From IMG/VR virus record IMGVR_UViG_2541047931_000004, positions 1 to 8,386 of that record: a stretch of DNA of 8,386 bases. One strand, 5' to 3'. The position numbers were made by a program, and so were the translations under genes. The DNA comes from a virus. Its lineage: Duplodnaviria > Heunggongvirae > Uroviricota > Caudoviricetes. Numbering within the stretch: the first letter of the stretch is position 1; every line of letters begins with the position of its first letter. The notes under the pieces were generated by a model, which worked only from the letters and a program-made list of their open reading frames with translations, made no database searches and had not been told where the DNA came from. This document shows, in pieces, positions 6,931 through 8,386 of the stretch.

Positions 6931-7607
6931 GCGGCGTTTTCCTTAATTTGATGAACATTATTGATGCCGTAGTAATCACAAACAGTGGCATCGACGAAAG
7001 AGAGATCGTTATCAATCTCATTGGAATCAAACATTCCCATTGGGGATTTGACAGTGTCTGCACCGTTGTTTTTCGTGGTGAAAAAGAACTGGTCATCGCG
7101 GGTAAGAGTGCGAAGAACTATAGTAAACATGCCTTCGACAGTGATTTTCTCGTCCAGCATTTTGCCGATAGTTTTCATTTTCACGCGCCCCATAGGGGTT
7201 TCTTCGGTATGTGCAAGAAAATAGACTCTCAGGTCATCAGGTGCATCCTGTGCAGCCTTAATCACCTCCCATGCGTGGCGGCCTATCTCAGTAAATTTAT
7301 CAAACGATTTTTCTTCTGAGCGGCGCATAAACTCATTGCTCATCACATACTGGAAGTCATCAACAATAACGATTCTTTTTCCGTATTCGTGAGCACGCTT
7401 AATTACAGCAACTATTACGTCCCATTTGTCAGTGGTAACTACGGTTCCTTTTTTTGCTCTGGCATCCCATGCAAGCCAGTCTTTTGATTTAAATGGTAGC
7501 GGCTTGCCTATTGGTTTTATAAGTATTGCTTCCTCTGGATTGATATTTCTCATGCTGGTTGATTTTCCGGTGCCAGATTCACCGAGTATTAATGTCGCAG
7601 TTCCCAT
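6927..7607 (-). CDS. Sak4-like RecA-fold recombination ATPase (AAA_24-type core, 226 aa)
   Basis: Walker A GESGTGKST at residues 9..17 and Walker B-like RIVIVDD. Size and position match Sak4-type single-strand annealing proteins of phages. GAGG RBS 6 nt upstream. Confidence 0.8.
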   Translation of the reverse strand: MGTATLILGESGTGKSTSMRNINPEEAILIKPIGKPLPFKSKDWLAWDARAKKGTVVTTDKWDVIVAVIKRAHEYGKRIVIVDDFQYVMSNEFMRRSEEKSFDKFTEIGRHAWEVIKAAQDAPDDLRVYFLAHTEETPMGRVKMKTIGKMLDEKITVEGMFTIVLRTLTRDDQFFFTTKNNGADTVKSPMGMFDSNEIDNDLSFVDATVCDYYGINNVHQIKENAA

Positions 7608-7615
7608 AATTTGCC

Positions 7616-7804
7616 TCAGAATGGTAATTCGGATGGGCAGGAAAGAAATTCGCGCTCATTCATGCGCTCTCTTTGCGCCTGCCATAAACAAAGTTGTTTC
7701 TTTGATTTATCTCCCGCTTTACGCCAGTAACGAGCCTCAGCAATGTGATATTCTCTTTTTAATCGACTTAACTCTGGAGTTTTCGCCAGTTCTACCGGAA
7801 TCAT
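7616..7804 (-). CDS. Hypothetical phage protein (62 aa) occupying the position of lambda gam
   Basis: Start at the second ATG (MIPVELAKTPELSRLKREYHIAEARYWRK) with GGAGG 5 nt upstream; ATGA overlap with the kil-like stop. Not similar to lambda Gam as I recall it. Confidence 0.55.
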   Translation of the reverse strand: MIPVELAKTPELSRLKREYHIAEARYWRKAGDKSKKQLCLWQAQRERMNEREFLSCPSELPF

Positions 7805-7914
7805 TTTGACCTCCATTTTCTGTAGGCTTCTACGGCTTCACGAAACATCTTTTCATCGCCAATAAAAGTGGCGATAGTGAATTTAGTCTGGATAGCCATA
7901 AGTGTTTTATCCAT
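7801..7914 (-). CDS. kil: Kil-like host-killing protein (37 aa), C-terminus diverged from lambda
   Basis: MDKTLMAIQTKFTIATFIGDEKMFREAVEAYRKWRSK. The first 27 or so residues match lambda Kil (MDQTLMAIQTKFTIATFIGDEKMFREAV) from memory. AGGAG RBS inside the cIII 3' end; overlaps cIII by 8 nt. Confidence 0.6.
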   Translation of the reverse strand: MDKTLMAIQTKFTIATFIGDEKMFREAVEAYRKWRSK

Positions 7915-8047
7915 TTTTGGGAACTCCTGGCTGATTAAGTATGTCGATAAGGCGTTTCCATCCATCACGTAATTTACGTGTGATTCGTTCAAGTAAAGAT
8001 TCGGAAGGGCAGCCAGCAACAGGCCACCCTGCAATGGCATATTGCAT
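7907..8047 (-). CDS. cIII: CIII, FtsH-inhibitor regulator of lysogeny (46 aa, C-terminally shorter than the 54-aa lambda CIII)
   Basis: MQYAIAGWPVAGCPSESLLERITRKLRDGWKRLIDILNQPGVPKNG matches lambda CIII from memory, including the core helix ESLLERITRKLRDGWKRLIDIL. AAGGAG 6 nt upstream of the ATG. Confidence 0.85.
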   Translation of the reverse strand: MQYAIAGWPVAGCPSESLLERITRKLRDGWKRLIDILNQPGVPKNG

Positions 8048-8110
8048 GGTGTGCTCCTTATTTATACATAACGAAAAACGCCTCGAGTGAAGCGTTATTG
8101 GTATGCATAT

Positions 8111-8134
8111 AAAAAGGCCCTCACACTGGAGGGC
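8111..8134 (-). terminator. Putative intrinsic terminator upstream of cIII
   Basis: On the minus strand, stem GCCCTC / loop CAGTGT / GAGGGC followed by CTTTTTAT. Position resembles the lambda tL region before cIII (recalled, not verified). Confidence 0.5.
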
Positions 8135-8227
8135 AAAGAAGATTTCCAATAATCAGAACAAGTCGGCTCCTGTTTAGTTACGAGCGACATTGCTCACATA
8201 GCAGACTCGTAAATCTGCTATAGGCGC

Positions 8228-8386
8228 TTATTCGCATCGCATGACAACATCAAATTTTTCGAGATTACTTTGTCGCAACAATCCTTCTTCTACGCGGTCA
8301 GCTTTTCTATAATTATCAAATTCGAAATGTTTAATTACTTCTTTTGTTTCTCGCTCTATAACTTCAACGATGTATTTCTTATTCAT
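8228..8386 (-). CDS. Small AT-rich hypothetical ORF (52 aa); ATG is the last 3 nt of the window, so RBS and true start are not visible
   Basis: Hand translation: MNKKYIVEVIERETKEVIKHFEFDNYRKADRVEEGLLRQSNLEKFDVVMRCE, stop TAA at 8228..8230. Local AT content is clearly higher than the rest of the window. Could extend beyond the window. Confidence 0.35.
   Translation of the reverse strand: MNKKYIVEVIERETKEVIKHFEFDNYRKADRVEEGLLRQSNLEKFDVVMRCE

Larger units (their letters stand above)
1331..8386. mobile_element. Lambda-family prophage, left end (attL through the early-left operon); continues beyond the window
   Basis: attL core directly followed by lambda-type int and xis, then a dense minus-strand array of phage-type genes ending in kil and cIII. 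Many genes are translationally coupled by ATGA/GTGA overlaps. Confidence 0.9.

Noticed and set aside
6905-7319. Minus-strand ORF 6905..7096 and plus-strand ORFs 6948..7319 and 6985..7224
   Set aside because: These lie in other frames or antisense within the Sak4-like gene, which has clear Walker A and B motifs.
7426-8149. Plus-strand ORF 7426..7809 and the long forms 7616..7816, 7801..8040 and 7907..8149
   Set aside because: The plus-strand ORF is antisense to the Sak4-like and 62-aa genes. The long minus-strand forms have no RBS at their first start codons, while internal ATGs with strong RBS give the shorter, lambda-matching products used above. The 80-aa form of cIII would also start upstream of the terminator hairpin.
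1-8386. CRISPR arrays, tRNA or rRNA genes, insertion-sequence inverted repeats
   Set aside because: No regularly spaced direct repeats, no cloverleaf-compatible segments, and no transposase-like ORF or terminal inverted repeats were found.

Overview
This window appears to be the left end of a lambda-family prophage integrated at the E. coli lambda attachment site next to ybhC. All supported genes are on the minus strand. Reading from the chromosome inward: ybhC (1..1284), the attL core GCTTTTTTATACTAA (1331..1345) with a lambda-type P' arm, then int and xis overlapping by 23 nt with a cII-type TTGC-N6-TTGC pI motif at the xis start. Upstream of xis lies a non-lambda accessory block: two hypothetical proteins, a DUF551-like protein coupled to a PD-(D/E)XK nuclease-like protein, two tiny basic ORFs sharing the N-terminus MKNRKAK, an Ea22-like protein with a Walker-A-like motif, and two more small hypotheticals. 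The recombination module is Sak4-like ATPase plus an SSB-like partner rather than lambda exo/bet/gam, followed by lambda-like kil and cIII and a hairpin terminator. No tRNA, rRNA or CRISPR array was seen. I did not find a clearly novel system; the best candidates for follow-up are the nuclease/DUF551 pair, the tandem basic mini-ORFs and the Ea22-like P-loop. Family names and comparisons to lambda come from memory and motif reading, not from a database search.
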